Shown: positions 37,906 through 52,172, counted from the first letter of the stretch. The stretch: 64,000 bases of DNA from Eledone cirrhosa (GCA_964016885.1 OZ024743.1:90768001-90832000); one strand, 5' to 3'. The notes: generated by a model not told the origin, from the letters alone. Translations and numbers: made by a program.

Positions 37906-40900
37906 TAGAGAGATTGGAAGAGTGGTAGAGTAGAATAGATTGGGAGAGCGGTAGAGTAGGAGAGATTGGGAGAGTGGTAGAGTAAGAGAGATTGGGAGAG
38001 TGGTAGAGTAAGATAGATTGGGAGAGTGGTAGAGTAGGAGATATTGGGAGAGTGGTAGAGTAAGAGAGATTGGGAGAGCGGTAGAGTAAAAGAGATTGGG
38101 AGAGTGGTAGAGTAGGAGAGATTGGGAGAGTGGTAGAGTAGGATAGATTGGGAGAGTGGTTGAGTAAGAGAGATTGGGAGAGTGGTAGAGTAAGAGAGAT
38201 TGGGAGAGTGGTAGAGTAGTAGATATTGGGAGAGTGGTAGAGTATGAGAGATTGGGAGAGTGGTACAGCAGGAGAGATTGGAAGAGTGGTAGAGTAAGAG
38301 GGATTGGGTGAGTGGTAGAGTAAGAGAGATTGGGAGAGTGGTAGAGTAGGAGAGATTGGAAGAGTGGTAGAGCTGTAGAGATTGGGAGAGTGGTAGAGTA
38401 GGAGAGATTGAGAGAGTGGTAGAGTAAGAGAGATTGGGGGAGTGGTAGAGTGGTAGAGTAGGAGAGATTGGGAGAGTAGTAGAGTAAGAGAGATTGGGAG
38501 AGTGGTAGAGTAGGAGAGATTGGGAGAGTGGTAGAGTAGGAGAGATTGGGAGAGTGGTAGAGTAGGAGAGATTGGGGCAGTGGTAGAGTAGGCGAAATTG
38601 GGAGAGTGGTAGAGTAGGAGAGATTGGGAGAGTGGTAGAGTAAGAGAGATTGGGAGAGTGGTAGAGTAGGAAAGATTGGAAGAGTGGTACAGTAGGAGAG
38701 ATTGGGAGAGTGGTAGAATAAGAGAGATTGGGAGAGTGGTAGAGTAAGAGAGATTGGGAGAGTGGTAGAGTAGGAGAGATTGGGAGAGGGGTAGAGTAAG
38801 AGAGATTGGGAGAGTGGTAGAGTAAGAGAGATTGGGAGAGTGGTAGAGTAGGAGAGATTGGGAGAGTGGTAGAGTAAGAGAGATTGGGAGAGTGGTAGAG
38901 TAAGAGAGATTGGGAGAGTGGTAGAGTAGGAGAGATTGGCAGAGTGGTAGCGTAAGAGAGATTGGTGGAGTGGTAGAGTAAGAGAGATTGGGAGAGTGGT
39001 AGAGTAAGAGAGATTGGGAGAGTGGTAGAGTAGGAGAGATTAGGAGAGTGGTAGAGTAGGATAGATTGGGAGAGTGGTAGACTAGTAGATATTGGGAGAG
39101 TGGTAGAGTAGGAGAGATTGGGAGAGTGGTAGAGCAGCAAAGATTGGAAGAGTGGTAGAGTAAGAGAGATTGGGAGAGTGGTAGAGTAAGAGAGATTGGG
39201 AGAGTGGTAGAGTAAGAGAGATTGGGAGAGTGGTAGAGTAGGAGAGATTGGAAGAGTGGTAGAGTAGGAGAGATTGGCAGAGTGGTAGAGTAGGAGAGAT
39301 TGGCAGAGAGGTAGAGTAAGAGAGATTGGGAGAGTGGTAGAGTAGGAGAGATTGGGAGAGTGGTAGTGTAGAAGAGATTGGCAGAGCGGTAGAGTAAGAG
39401 AGATTGGGAGAGTGGTAGAGTAGGAGAGATTGGGAGAGTGGTAGAGAAAGAGAGATTGGGAGAGTGGTAGAGTAGGAGAGATTGGCAGAGCGGTAGAGTA
39501 AGAGAGATTGGGAGAGTGGTAGAGTAAGAGAGATTGGGAGAGTGGTAGAGTAGGAGAGATTGGCAGAGTGGTAGAGTAAGAGAGATTGGTGGAGTGGTAG
39601 AGTAAAAGAGATTGGGAGAGTAGTAGAGCAGGAGAGATTGGAAGAGTGGTAGAGTAAGAGGGATTGGGAGAGTGGTAGAGTAAGAGAGATTGGGAGAGTG
39701 GTAGAGTAGAAGAGATTGGGAGAGTGCTAGAGTAAGAGAATTTGGGAGAGTAGTAGAGTAGGAGAGATTGGGAGAGTGGTAGAGTAGGAGAGATTGGGAG
39801 AGTGGTAGAGTAGGAGAGATTGGCAGAGCGGTAGAGTAAGAGAGATTGGGAGAGTGGTAGAGTAGGAGAGATTTGGAGAGTGGTAGAATAAGAGAGATTG
39901 GGAGAGTGGTAGAGTAAGACAGATTGGGAGAGTGGTAGAGTAGGAGAGATTGGGAGAGTGGTAGAGTAAGAGAGATTGGCAGAGCGGTAGAGTAGGAGAG
40001 ATTGGGAGAGTGGTAGAGTAAGAGAGATTGGGAGAGTGGTAGAGTAAGGGAGATTGGGAGAGTGGTAGAGTAGGAGAGAATGGCAGAGCGGTAGAGTAAG
40101 AGAGATTGGGAGAGTGGTAGATTAGTAGATATTGGGAGAGTGGTAGAATAGAATAGATTGGGAGAGTGGTAGAGCAGGAGAGATTCGAAGAGTGGTAGGG
40201 TAACAGGGATTGGGAGAGTGGTAGAGTAAGAGAGATTGGGAGAGTGGTAGAGTAGGAGAGATTGGGAGAGTGGTAGAGTAAGAGAGATTGGGGGAGTGGT
40301 AGAGTAGGCGAAATTGGGAGAGTGGTAGAGTAGGAGAGAGTGGGAGAGTAGTAGAGTAAGAGAGATTTGGAGAGTGGTAGAGTAGGAGAGATTGCAAGAG
40401 TGGTAGAGTTGGAGAGATTGGGAGAGTGGTAGAGTAGGAGAAATTGGGAGAGTGGTAGAGTAAGAGAGATTGGGGCAGTGGTAGAGTAGGCGAAATTGGG
40501 AAAGTGGTAGAGTAGGAGAGATTGGGAGAGTGGTAGAGTAAGAGAGATTGGGAGAGTGGTAGAGTAGGAGAGGTTGGAAGAGTGGTACAGTAGGAGATAT
40601 TGGGAGAGTGGTAGAATAAGAGAGATTGGGAGAGTGGTAGAGTAAGAGAGTAGGAGAGATTGGGAGAGTGGTAGAGTAAGAGAGATTGGGAGAGTGGTAG
40701 AGTAAGAGAGATTGGGAGAGTGGTAGAGTAGGAGAGATTGGGAGAGTGGTAGAGTAGGAGAGATTGGCAGAGTGGTAGAGTAAGAGAGATTGGTGGAGTG
40801 GTAGAGTAAAAGAGATTGGGAGAGTAGTAGAGCAGGAGAGATTGAAAGAGTAAGAGGGATTGGGAGAGTGGTAGCGTAGGAGAGATTGGGAGAGTGGTAG

Positions 40901-43900
40901 AGTAGGATAGATTGGGAGAGTGGTAGACTAGTAGATATTGGGAGAGTGGTAGAGTAGGAGAGATTGGGAGAGTGGTAGAGCAGCAAAGATTGGAAGAGTG
41001 GTAGAGTAAGAGAGATTGGGAGAGTGGTAGAGTAGGAGAGATTGGCAGAGAGGTAGAGTAAGAGAGATTGGGAGAGTGGTAGAGTAGGAGAGATTGGGAG
41101 AGTGGTAGAGTAGAAGAGATTGGCAGAGCGGTAGAGTAAGAGAGATTGGGAGAGTGGTAGAGTAAGAGAGATTGGGAGAGTGGTAGAGTAAGAGAGATTG
41201 GAAGAGTGGTAGACTAAGAGGGGTTGTGAGAGTGGTTGAGTAGGAGAGATTGGGAGAGTGGTAGAGTAAGATAGATTGGGAGAGTGGTAGAGTAGGAGAG
41301 ATTGGCAGAGAGGTAGAGTAAGAGAGATTGGGAGAGTGGTAGAGTAAGAGAGTGGTAGAGTAGGAAAGATTGGGAGAGTGGTAGAGTAAGAGAGATTGGG
41401 TCAGTGGTAGAGTAGGCGAAATTGGGAGAGTGGTAGAGTAGGAGAGATTGGGAGAGTGGTAGAGTAAGAGAGATTGGGAGAGTGGTAGAGTAGGAGAGAT
41501 TGGAAGAGTGGTAGAGTTGTAGAGATTGGGAGAGTGGTAGAGTAGGAGAGATTGAGAGAGTGGTAGAGTAAGAGAGATTGGGGGAGTGGTAGAGTGGTAG
41601 AGTAGGAGAGATTGGGAGAGTAGTAGAGTAAGAGAGATTGGGAGAGTGGTAGAGTAGGAGAGATTGGGAGAGTGGTAGAGTAGGAGAGATTGGGAGAGTG
41701 GTAGAGTAAGAGAGATTGGGGCAGTGGTAGAGTAGGCGAAATTGGGAGAGTGGTAGAGTAGGAGAGATTGGGAGAGTGGTAGAGTAAGAGAGATTGGGAG
41801 AGTGGTAGAGTAGGAGAGATTGGAAGAGTGGTACAGTAGGAGAGATTGGGAGAGTGGTAGAATAAGAGAGATTGGGAGAGTGGTAGAGTAAGAGAGATTG
41901 GGAGAGTGGTAGAGTAGGAGAGATTGGGAGAGGGGTAGAGTAAGAGAGATTGGGAGAGTGGTAGAGTAAGAGAGATTGGGAGAGTGGTAGAGTAGGAGAG
42001 ATTGGGAGAGTGGTAGAGTAAGAGAGATTGGGAGAGTGGTAGAGTAAGAGAGATTGGGAGAGTGGTAGAGTAGGAGAGATTGGCAGAGTGGTAGCGTAAG
42101 AGAGATTGGTGGAGTGGTAGAGTAAGAGAGATTGGGAGAGTGGTAGAGTAAGAGAGATTGGGAGAGTGGTAGAGTAGGAGAGATTAGGAGAGTGGTAGAG
42201 TAGGATAGATTGGGAGAGTGGTAGACTAGTAGATATTGGGAGAGTGGTAGAGTAGGAGAGATTGGGAGAGTGGTAGAGCAGCAAAGATTGGAAGAGTGGT
42301 AGAGTAAGAGAGATTGGGAGAGTGGTAGAGTAAGAGAGATTGGGAGAGTGGTAGAGTAAGAGAGATTGGGAGAGTGGTAGAGTAGGAGAGATTGGGAGAG
42401 TGGTAGAGTAAGAGAGATTGGGAGAGTGGTAGAGTAAAAGAGATTGGGAGAGTGGTAGAGTAGGAGAGATTGGCAGAGTGGTAGAGTAAGAGAGATTGGT
42501 GGAGTGGTAGAGTAAAAGAGATTGGGAGAGTAGTAGAGCAGGAGAGATTGAAAGAGTAAGAGGGATTGGGAGAGTGGTAGCGTAGGAGAGATTGGGAGAG
42601 TGGTAGAGTAGGATAGATTGGGAGAGTGGTAGACTAGTAGATATTGGGAGAGTGGTAGAGTAGGAGAGATTGGGAGAGTGGTAGAGCAGCAAAGATTGGA
42701 AGAGTGGTAGAGTAAGAGAGATTGGGAGAGTGGTAGAGTAGGAGAGATTGGCAGAGAGGTAGAGTAAGAGAGATTGGGAGAGTGGTAGAGTAGGAGAGAT
42801 TGGGAGAGTGGTAGAGTAGAAGAGATTGGCAGAGCGGTAGAGTAAGAGAGATTGGGAGAGTGGTAGAGTAAGAGAGATTGGGAGAGTGGTAGAGTAAGAG
42901 AGATTGGAAGAGTGGTAAACTAAGAGGGGTTGTGAGAGTGGTTGAGTAGGAGAGATTGGGAGAGTGGTAGAGTAAGATAGATTGGGAGAGTGGTAGAGTA
43001 GGAGAGATTGGCAGAGAGGTAGAGTAAGAGAGATTGGGAGAGTGGTAGAGTAAGAGAGTGGTAGAGTAGGAAAGATTGGGAGAGTGGTAGAGTAAGAGAG
43101 ATTGGGTCAGTGGTAGAGTAGGCGAAATTGGGAGAGTGGTAGAGTAGGAGAGATTGGGAGAGTGGTAGAGTAAGAGAGATTGGGAGAGTGGTAGAGTAGG
43201 AGAGATTGGAAGAGTGGTAGAGTTGTAGAGATTGGGAGAGTGGTAGAGTAGGAGAGATTGAGAGAGTGGTAGAGTAAGAGAGATTGGGGGAGTGGTAGAG
43301 TGGTAGAGTAGGAGAGATTGGGAGAGTAGTAGAGTAAGAGAGATTGGGAGAGTGGTAGAGTAGGAGAGATTGGGAGAGTGGTAGAGTAGGAGAGATTGGG
43401 AGAGTGGTAGAGTAAGAGAGATTGGGGCAGTGGTAGAGTAGGCGAAATTGGGAGAGTGGTAGAGTAGGAGAGATTGGGAGAGTGGTAGAGTAAGAGAGAT
43501 TGGGAGAGTGGTAGAGTAGGAGAGATTGGAAGAGTGGTACAGTAGGAGAGATTGGGAGAGTGGTAGAATAAGAGAGATTGGGAGAGTGGTAGAGTAAGAG
43601 AGATTGGGAGAGTGGTAGAGTAGGAGAGATTGGGAGAGGGGTAGAGTAAGAGAGATTGGGAGAGTGGTAGAGTAAGAGAGATTGGGAGAGTGGTAGAGTA
43701 GGAGAGATTGGGAGAGTGGTAGAGTAAGAGAGATTGGGAGAGTGGTAGAGTAAGAGAGATTGGGAGAGTGGTAGAGTAGGAGAGATTGGCAGAGTGGTAG
43801 CGTAAGAGAGATTGGTGGAGTGGTAGAGTAAGAGAGATTGGGAGAGTGGTAGAGTAAGAGAGATTGGGAGAGTGGTAGAGTAGGAGAGATTAGGAGAGTG

Positions 43901-46900
43901 GTAGAGTAGGATAGATTGGGAGAGTGGTAGACTAGTAGATATTGGGAGAGTGGTAGAGTAGGAGAGATTGGGAGAGTGGTAGAGCAGCAAAGATTGGAAG
44001 AGTGGTAGAGTAAGAGAGATTGGGAGAGTGGTAGAGTAAGAGAGATTGGGAGAGTGGTAGAGTAAGAGAGATTGGGAGAGTGGTAGAGTAGGAGAGATTG
44101 GAAGAGTGGTAGAGTAGGAGAGATTGGCAGAGTGGTAGAGTAGGAGAGATTGGCAGAGAGGTAGAGTAAGAGAGATTGGGAGAGTGGTAGAGTAGGAGAG
44201 ATTGGGAGAGTGGTAGTGTAGAAGAGATTGGCAGAGCGGTAGAGTAAGAGAGATTGGGAGAGTGGTAGAGTAGGAGAGATTGGGAGAGTGGTAGAGAAAG
44301 AGAGATTGGGAGAGTGGTAGAGTAGGAGAGATTGGCAGAGCGGTAGAGTAAGAGAGATTGGGAGAGTGGTAGAGTAAGAGAGATTGGGAGAGTGGTAGAG
44401 TAGGAGAGATTGGCAGAGTGGTAGAGTAAGAGAGATTGGTGGAGTGGTAGAGTAAAAGAGATTGGGAGAGTAGTAGAGCAGGAGAGATTGGAAGAGTGGT
44501 AGAGTAAGAGGGATTGGGAGAGTGGTAGAGTAAGAGAGATTGGGAGAGTGGTAGAGTAGGAGAGATTTGGAGAGTGGTAGAATAAGAGAGATTGGGAGAG
44601 TGGTAGAGTAAGAGAGATTGGGAGAGTGGTAGAGTAGGAGAGATTGGGAGAGTGGTAGAGTAAGAGAGATTGGCAGAGCGGTAGAGTAAGAGAGATTGGG
44701 AGAGTGGTAGAGTAGGAGAGATTGGGAGAGTGGTAGAGTAGGAGAGATTGAGAGAGTGGTAGAGTAAGAGAGATTGGGGGAGTGGTAGAGTGGTAGAGTA
44801 GGAGAGATTGGGAGAGTAGTAGAGTAAGAGAGATTGGGAGAGTGGTAGAGTAGGAGAGATTGGGAGAGTGGTAGAGAAAGAGCGATTGGGAGAGTGGTAG
44901 AGTAAGAGAGATTGGGAGAGTGGTAGAGTAGGAGAGATTGGGAGAGTGGTAGATTAGGAGAGATTGGATGAGTGGTAGAGTAGGAAAGATTGGCAGAGTG
45001 GTAGAGTAAGAGAGATTGGGAGAGTGGTAGAGTAAGAGAGATTGGGAGAGTGGTAGAGTAAGAGAGATTGGGAGAGTGGTAGAGTAGGAGAGATTGGGAG
45101 ATTGTTAGAGTAAGAGAGATTGGGAGAGTGGTAGAGTAAAAGAGATTGGGAGAGTGGTAGAGTAGGAGAGATTGGCAGAGTGGTAGAGTAAGAGAGATTG
45201 GTGGAGTGGTAGAGTAAAAGAGATTGGGAGAGTAGTAGAGCAGGAGAGATTGGAAGAGTAAGAGGGATTGGGAGAGTGGTAGAGTAAGAGAGATTGGGAG
45301 AGTGGTAGAGTAGGAGAGATTGGGAGAGTGGTAGAGTAGGATAGATTGGGAGAGTGGTAGACTAGTAGATATTGGGAGAGTGGTAGAGTAGGAGAGATTG
45401 GGAGAGTGGTAGAGCAGCAAAGATTGGAAGAGTGGTAGAGTAAGAGAGATTGGGAGAGTGGTAGAGTAGGAGAGATTGGCAGAGAGGTAGAGTAAGAGAG
45501 ATTGGGAGAGTGGTAGAGTAGGAGAGATTGGGAGAGTGGTAGAGTAGAAGAGATTGGCAGAGCGGTAGAGTAAGAGAGATTGGGAGAGTGGTAGAGTAAG
45601 AGAGATTGGGAGAGTGGTAGAGTAGGAGAGATTGGGAGAGTGGTAGAGTAAGAGAGATTGGAAGAGTGGTAGACTAAGAGGGGTTGTGAGAGTGGTTGAG
45701 TAGGAGAGATTGGGAGAGTGGTAGAGTAAGATAGATTGGGAGAGTGGTAGAGTAGGAGAGATTGGCAGAGAGGTAGAGTAAGAGAGATTGGGAGAGTGGT
45801 AGAGTAAGAGAGTGGTAGAGTAGGAAAGATTGGCAGAGTGGTAGAGTAAGAGAGATTGGTGGAGTGGTAGAGTAAAAGAGATTGGGAGAGTAATAGAGCA
45901 GGAGAGATTGGAAGAGTGGTAGAATAAGAGGGATTGGGAGAGTGGTAGAGTAAGAGAGATTGGGGGAGTGGTAGAGTAGGATAGATTGGGAGAGTGGTAG
46001 AGTAGGATAGATTGGGAGAGTGGTAGAGTAGGAGAGATTGGAAGAGTGGTACAGTAGGAGAGATTGCGCGAGTGGTAGAGTAAGAGAGATTGGGAGAGTG
46101 GTAGAGTAAGAGAGATTGGGAGAGTGGTAGAGTAGGAGAGATTGGGAGAGTGGTAGAGTTGGAGAGATTGGGAGAGTGGTAGAGTAAGAGAGATTGGGAG
46201 AGTAGTAGAGCAGGAGAGATTGGAAGAGTGGTAGAGTAAGAGAGATTGGGAGAGTGGTAGAGTAAGAGAGATTGGGAGAGTGGTAGAGTAAGAGAGATTG
46301 GGAGAGTGGTAGAGTAAGAGAGATTGGGAGAGTGGTAGAGTAAGAGAGATTGGGAGAGTGGTAGAGTAAGAGAGATTGGCAGAGTGGTAGAGTAAGAGAG
46401 ATTGGTGGAGTGGTAGAGTAAAAGAGATTGGGAGAGTAGTAGAGCAGGAGAGATTGGAAGAGTGGTAGAGTAAGAGGGATTGGGAGAGTGGTAGAGTAAG
46501 AGAGATTGGGAGAGTGGTAGAGTAGGAAAGATTGGGAGAGTGCTAGAGTAAGAGAATTTGGGAGAGTAGTAGAGTAGGAGAGATTGGGAGAGTGGTAGAG
46601 TAGGAGAGATTGGGAGAGTGGTAGAGTAGGAGAGATTGGGAGAGTGGTAGTGTACGAGAGATTGGGAGAGTGGTAGAGTAAGAGAGATTGGGAGAGTGGT
46701 AGAGTAAGAGAGATTGGGAGAGTGGTAGAGTAAGAGAGATTGGGAGAGTGGTAGAGTAAGAGAGATTGGAAGAGTGGTAGACTAAGAGGGGTTGTGAGAG
46801 TGGTTGAGTAGGAGAGATTGGGAGACTGGTAGAGTAGGAGAGATTGGGAGAGGGGTTGAGTAGGAGAGAGAGGGTGGAAAAAGTGGCAGAGTAGGAGAGT
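37906..46900. repeat. 26-bp purine-rich satellite (GGGAGAGTGGTAGAGTARGAGAGATT)n, about 345 units
   Basis: The unit was read directly. The 26-aa periodicity of the minus-strand ORFs equals three units. Confidence 0.97.
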
Positions 46901-47609
46901 AAGGAGAGCAGTTATGGTAGCCTGAGCTCTTCAGACGGCAATACCTAAAATAAACATTGAGAGTTCCTAAGAAACCTTTAAATTTGGAAAAATCCAATTA
47001 TTTCCCCGAAAAAGACTTTCATTTCATGATACAGGAGGCCGACCGAATGCGTGGTATTGTTTCTTCGACGGCCAGCCCCTGTATGACCCTGAGAATTTTG
47101 GCGAAAGTGTTGGTCAGTTTAGGAAGTAACGAAAACGGCTGGTAGCCCTTCTCCCTCCCCTCTCAACCAGTAGCTGTTGTAGTAGTTGTGACAGCGGCTG
47201 CTATAATAGTAGTGTCATCTGATATACTATCGTCATTTAATACCATATAGCTTCGAAGTGAAGCTTGTATAACAGATAGATGTTTAAAAGCCCAGTTTCG
47301 TTTCATTTTAATATTTTTGATTTTAAGAGTTGAATTAATATTCAAATTTATATTTAGAGTGACAAAGGCAGAAATAATTCTTGCAAACATATAAGACGAA
47401 CTTCTCTCTTTGTGTATTGCCAATGTTCCAGGAAGCATTCTACACCATCTCCTTCCAACCCTATATTGTCCACAGGTCTGCAACAACTGGGAATATTATA
47501 ACCGATACCCAAAATTTAACTATATAAGAAATAGATTAAAATAAATAAAGTAATTAATTAATTAATTAATTACGAAAAAAAGGAAAGGTTATATTAAAGG
47601 GGATAGATA

Positions 47610-48563
47610 TGTAGCGAAATCTATCCGCGACTTGAACCTTGAGTGACACCTAAAGATCAAATTCTAGGTCAACACCCTTTTGGTGTGATCATGTTCATGC
47701 GTGGGCTGTCCTCTCAGGTTGGAGGACAGGAAGTGACAGCTATATATAGAGCCTGTATCAAGCTATTATAAGCAGATACATCGGAGCATTACACCTATAA
47801 CAAACTACGTAAGGATTCGCCACTATCAATAGACCCCATGAGGTCTACAGAAATACCCAGAGCGATTGGAGCCCTATTACTACAGGACACAAATGTTGAA
47901 GATTCACCGCTGTCTGCAGGCCACAGTAGTTCACAGTTACGACAGACCATAATAGAAGTATACAAACCATATCTCTCTCTCTTACTAACTACGGTCTCAC
48001 AACTACTACCACGGACTCCAAATTCCAACAACAACAACAATTATCTGTCGCTCGCTGTTTTCACACCACCAACAACAACAGACTACAACAGCCTCACATC
48101 AACAACAAAATAATATTGTCAATCTTTGCAACTTATGGTAACTTGTTTATTGTACCTTTTAATTGATTCACGTGAAATAAACTATATATAAACCAAATCA
48201 TTTATTCTTTATATTCTCGTTATTACACCTATTCTTCATATTCTTTTTATACTTGTTATTTCAACTATTATTCAATAACCACATCTAACAATTATGTTAA
48301 ATCCTTCTAACTAATTTTTCATTTTAACACTTCGTTAAATTGGAGACCTGACGTTTAAAAAAGAAACCCCCCCAAAAAACAACAACAAAAACCGCGCAGC
48401 CTATTTGATCTGATCATAGCTTTATTTGCCAACTTCAGCAATATACAGTTACCAAACACTTCACTTGCTTCGTAACCTCCAACAACAACAAACAATACTA
48501 CTAGATTCCTAGCAAGAAAACATTCACATAAAGAAGAGAAAACAGAACTTTTTGTAAAGAACA

Positions 48564-48596
<33 letters not shown>

Positions 48597-48617
48597 TACA
48601 GGTTATATCTGAATGTC

Positions 48618-48653
<36 letters not shown>

Positions 48654-50279
48654 AAAATTAAGATAATGGGACTTGACTGCTGTTTCTAGTTGTCGATAAC
48701 CCTATTCACGCCACTTGGACGAAGCTGGTATGATGTGTGTATTTCTAGTAGATACAGCACGTGTTACTGGCCAGTCGCTGATTTGAACTTGATGCGTAAA
48801 CATAGATCGCTGGACTTCTTCCTTGTTAAAAATCCAAGTATCGGCATCCGTGGTTTACCATTCGATTAATTGGTGAAATATATTTCTTTAATGGAATATA
48901 TACAGGGAAGATTAATCATATTATAAGGTATCTATTTTTGTTTGAAGTTCTAGTTAAATTTATTTAGTTACCTACCTAGCTATGTGTGATTACACACTTG
49001 TAAAAATTATCTCCTGTGATTATTCATATTTATTTATATGTTAATCAATTTCTAGTTGTTATAAAATGCTCGGACCTATTCGTTAGAATCTTAGAGCTTA
49101 TTTTGCGGGTGATATGGCGCATGCCTTTCTGGCATGACACCCATAATTTTGATTTAGATCAAATTCATTTTGATTTATCTTAATTTTGGATATAGATATA
49201 TAAATACGGCTCCTTAATTGTAGAGCTAACTCTGTTGAAAGGACTTGACTGCTGTTTCTAGTTGTCGATAACCCTATTCACGCCACTTGGACGAAGCTGG
49301 TATGATGTGTGTATTTCTAGTAGATACAGCACGTGTTACTGGCCAGTCGCTGATTTGAACTTGATGCGTAAACATAGATCGCTGGACTTCTACCTTGTTG
49401 AAAATCCAAGTACCGGCATCCGTGGTTTACCATTCGATTAATTGGTGATATATATTTCTTTAATGGAATATATACAGGGAAGATTAATCATATTATAAGG
49501 TATCTATTTTTGAAGTTCTAGTTAACTTTATTTAGTTACCTACCTAGCTATGTGTGATTGCACACTTGTAAAAATTATCTCCTGAGATTATTCATGTTTA
49601 TTTATATGTTAATCAATTTCTAGTTGTTATATATATATATATTTTTTAAAAATTATTTTTATTATTCGTTTTACTAGATTATATGCCTGTATTAATAACA
49701 CGTTTTACATCAAACACACATCATTTTCCTTGTCACACACCAACATGTTTTTGTCTGTGGTATATTCTGGATTCGGTTGGGACTCTGCGGGATCACTTTT
49801 CGACTGGTCAAAGTACGGCGAAAGCTATGAAACACATGATAATCAACCCACGGTTACTTAATAGCTCGACTCACTGAGCACGCAACTCAAAATTGCACAC
49901 ACTCATGTCATAGCGTAAACCTCGACTCACTGAAGAGAATCTTACGTATGATAATACATCGAGAGAAATAGTCCTCTGTGTTGTTATATCGTAATCCGAT
50001 ACCGTAACCAGCCATCCATACACAACAGTTCGAAATACATGATCACAACTATGTATTTTTACAGTTCCTTCTAAATGTTACACACACACATGCATACTCA
50101 GTTATATATATATATATTTTTTTTCTTCTCTCTCCAAATTTCTCTACACTCGAAGTGCGGGTGCAGTACCTACATTCATATTCTTTTTATACTTGTTATT
50201 TCAACTATTATTCAATAACCACATCTAACAATTATGTTAAATCCTTCTAACTAATTTTTCATTTTAACACTTCGTTAAA
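47610..50279 (+). mobile_element. Second non-autonomous LTR element (5' LTR 47610-48339; 3' LTR remnant about 50175-50279)
   Basis: It is homologous to 9678-11801 in both LTR and interior, with PBS-like tggagacctgacgt. The last ~105 bp of the LTR are duplicated. Confidence 0.8.
48650..49632. mobile_element. Tandem 572-bp unit (1.7 copies) inserted into a TA tract of the LTR element
   Basis: ggacttgactgctgtttctag occurs at 48669 and 49241. A 19-bp cap at about 48648-48666 is the inverse of about 49175-49193. Confidence 0.8.
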
Positions 50280-51111
50280 GGTGTGTGGGAAAGATATAAT
50301 TATAATGAAAAAAAATTTATAACGAAGAAAATTAAAAGGTAAAGAAATAGCTGCCTGTAGGCCTAAGCTATAAACCAGAGTGTAAGTTTAACTGATTCGG
50401 AATTGCTGGAAGCATGATAGCCCTACTCCTCGCTAGTTCCCCGTTTAATCAAGCTCTACGGATCACATCCAGATGTCCGATTCCTCGCCTTCCGGAGACT
50501 CAAGCACTCGATGAGCGTGATGTCAGAGTGAAATCTAACGATATATAAAGGGAATGTCCGGGGGAAGGGGGTGGCAGTAGGATTGTTCCCTGCAACCTGC
50601 ATCAAATATTCGCGAAACCGATCAAGGTCTCCGGACCAACATGTCTGACCGGAACGCAGCTATTAGGTTATTCCTTTACCAATTAAGTAGTGTAGGCCAA
50701 CCTAAGGTAACTTAAAGTGATTATCAAAATAAGACACGTGAAGAAGGTTTAGGAAGAAATTAAAATACAGTAAATTAGGTGTAAGCTGACTTAAAGTAAC
50801 TTGAATGAAATAGCAAAGTGAGATACACAAGGATGAATAAGAGATAAATTAAAGTTAAAGATTGAGTTAATTAGGGGTGACGCACAGTCGTACAGTAGAA
50901 AAGGGAGAAAGACATAGTGTGCAACAATGTACGAGATAAACAGATATGGAGTAGACAAATAAAATAAGTACATATAATAATAATAATACAATAATAGAAG
51001 CAAGGAAATATAAGGGATCCGTACAAGGTTATCCAAACAGGTACAAATGTTTCCGTCTATAAAATGTGTGTTTGGAAGATAGAGCAAAATATGGAGAATA
51101 ACGTTAAGATA

Positions 51112-52172
51112 TCTTTCTTTATTTGCCACAGGGGCGTACAAAAACAGGATGGCGGGGGTTTTACATAAAATGTTTAACAATGATAAATAACAATAAACTA
51201 TATAAAAATAAAATAATTGAAATCCCCATTAGGAGGGGGGGGGGGGGGTAACGCTACTGCGGGGTTGTTTTACACCCCCCCCCCGTGGATAGAACAACAC
51301 TCAACACCAGGAACATGTTTTGTAGGTGTTCCCGTCTTCCCTCTGTTTATCTTCCTCAACCGATAGGTTTATATACAGAGAAGGCCGATTCACCCGGGCC
51401 ATTTTCGCCACATTCACCCACCTTTCAGTGAATTTACTGGGGTATAGCACCTCTCTCTCCACTCTCACCTTTCTTCTGAAGTGGTACTTAAAGAAGGGGA
51501 TGAGTTGTTGTCCGGAGAGACAGGTGTATGCCCTCAGTCTTTTTAACCTCGTCCACCATATTACCTCTTTCGCCATAGCCACCAGACAGAGGAAGACCGC
51601 CTCTCCTTCATTCTTAAATGAAGGCGGCGGGGTGATCCTCACGATGGACTCTACTGACAACTGGAAGCGTCCTACACGTGACAGTAGCTGTTCAACTTCC
51701 ACAGGTCGGTCACCCCTGGGCACTGAACAATTGCGTGCAGAACGGTTTCGATGTCCTGCTCGTATCTTGGACAAGTCTTTTTGGCAGGATCTCTGCTAGG
51801 GCGTCCGTGCCTGTAGATTTTATTTCGAACTGGTAGAGCTCCTCGGTAGCATTGCCAGGCCAGAGACCTCTGGAAGTTATCCATAGGCCCTGGACGGAAA
51901 GTCCTCCCGAACAGACTGATCAGTTCGTCTTCCTCGATACCTAAAGTTTCCCCGAGAACGTCGTCGCACTTATCCTCCACTAATCCCCTTAGAATGTCGA
52001 AGTGGAGTCTCCACTGATTGCCGTTTCCGCTTGGTAGAGGGCTGTGAGCGCCTGAAGGCACTCGAGGTGCCAGGCGCCCATTTTCGGTCTTCGCTTGACC
52101 CAGGACTGCAGCTCTGTTAGTGAGACGAGTTGTGGAAGAGCTCGTCTCACAAACGACAGCCACACCGTTAAG
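51112..52172 (-). mobile_element. 5'-truncated Tx1/L1-clade element with 14-bp TSD
   Basis: LAWQCYRGALPVR and CPR...ETVLHAIVQC zinc-finger region. ataacgttaagata occurs at 51098-51111 and 52173-52186. Confidence 0.88.

Noticed and set aside
37905-45420. Long minus-strand ORFs (up to 928 aa) of LLLYHSPNLSYSTTLPIS repeats
   Set aside because: They are translations of a 26-bp satellite whose minus strand rarely contains stops. The unit is not a multiple of three and the ORFs overlap in several frames.
37906-46900. CRISPR-like array or canonical G-quadruplex array
   Set aside because: There are no unique spacers, and the GGG tracts are separated by 23-nt loops.
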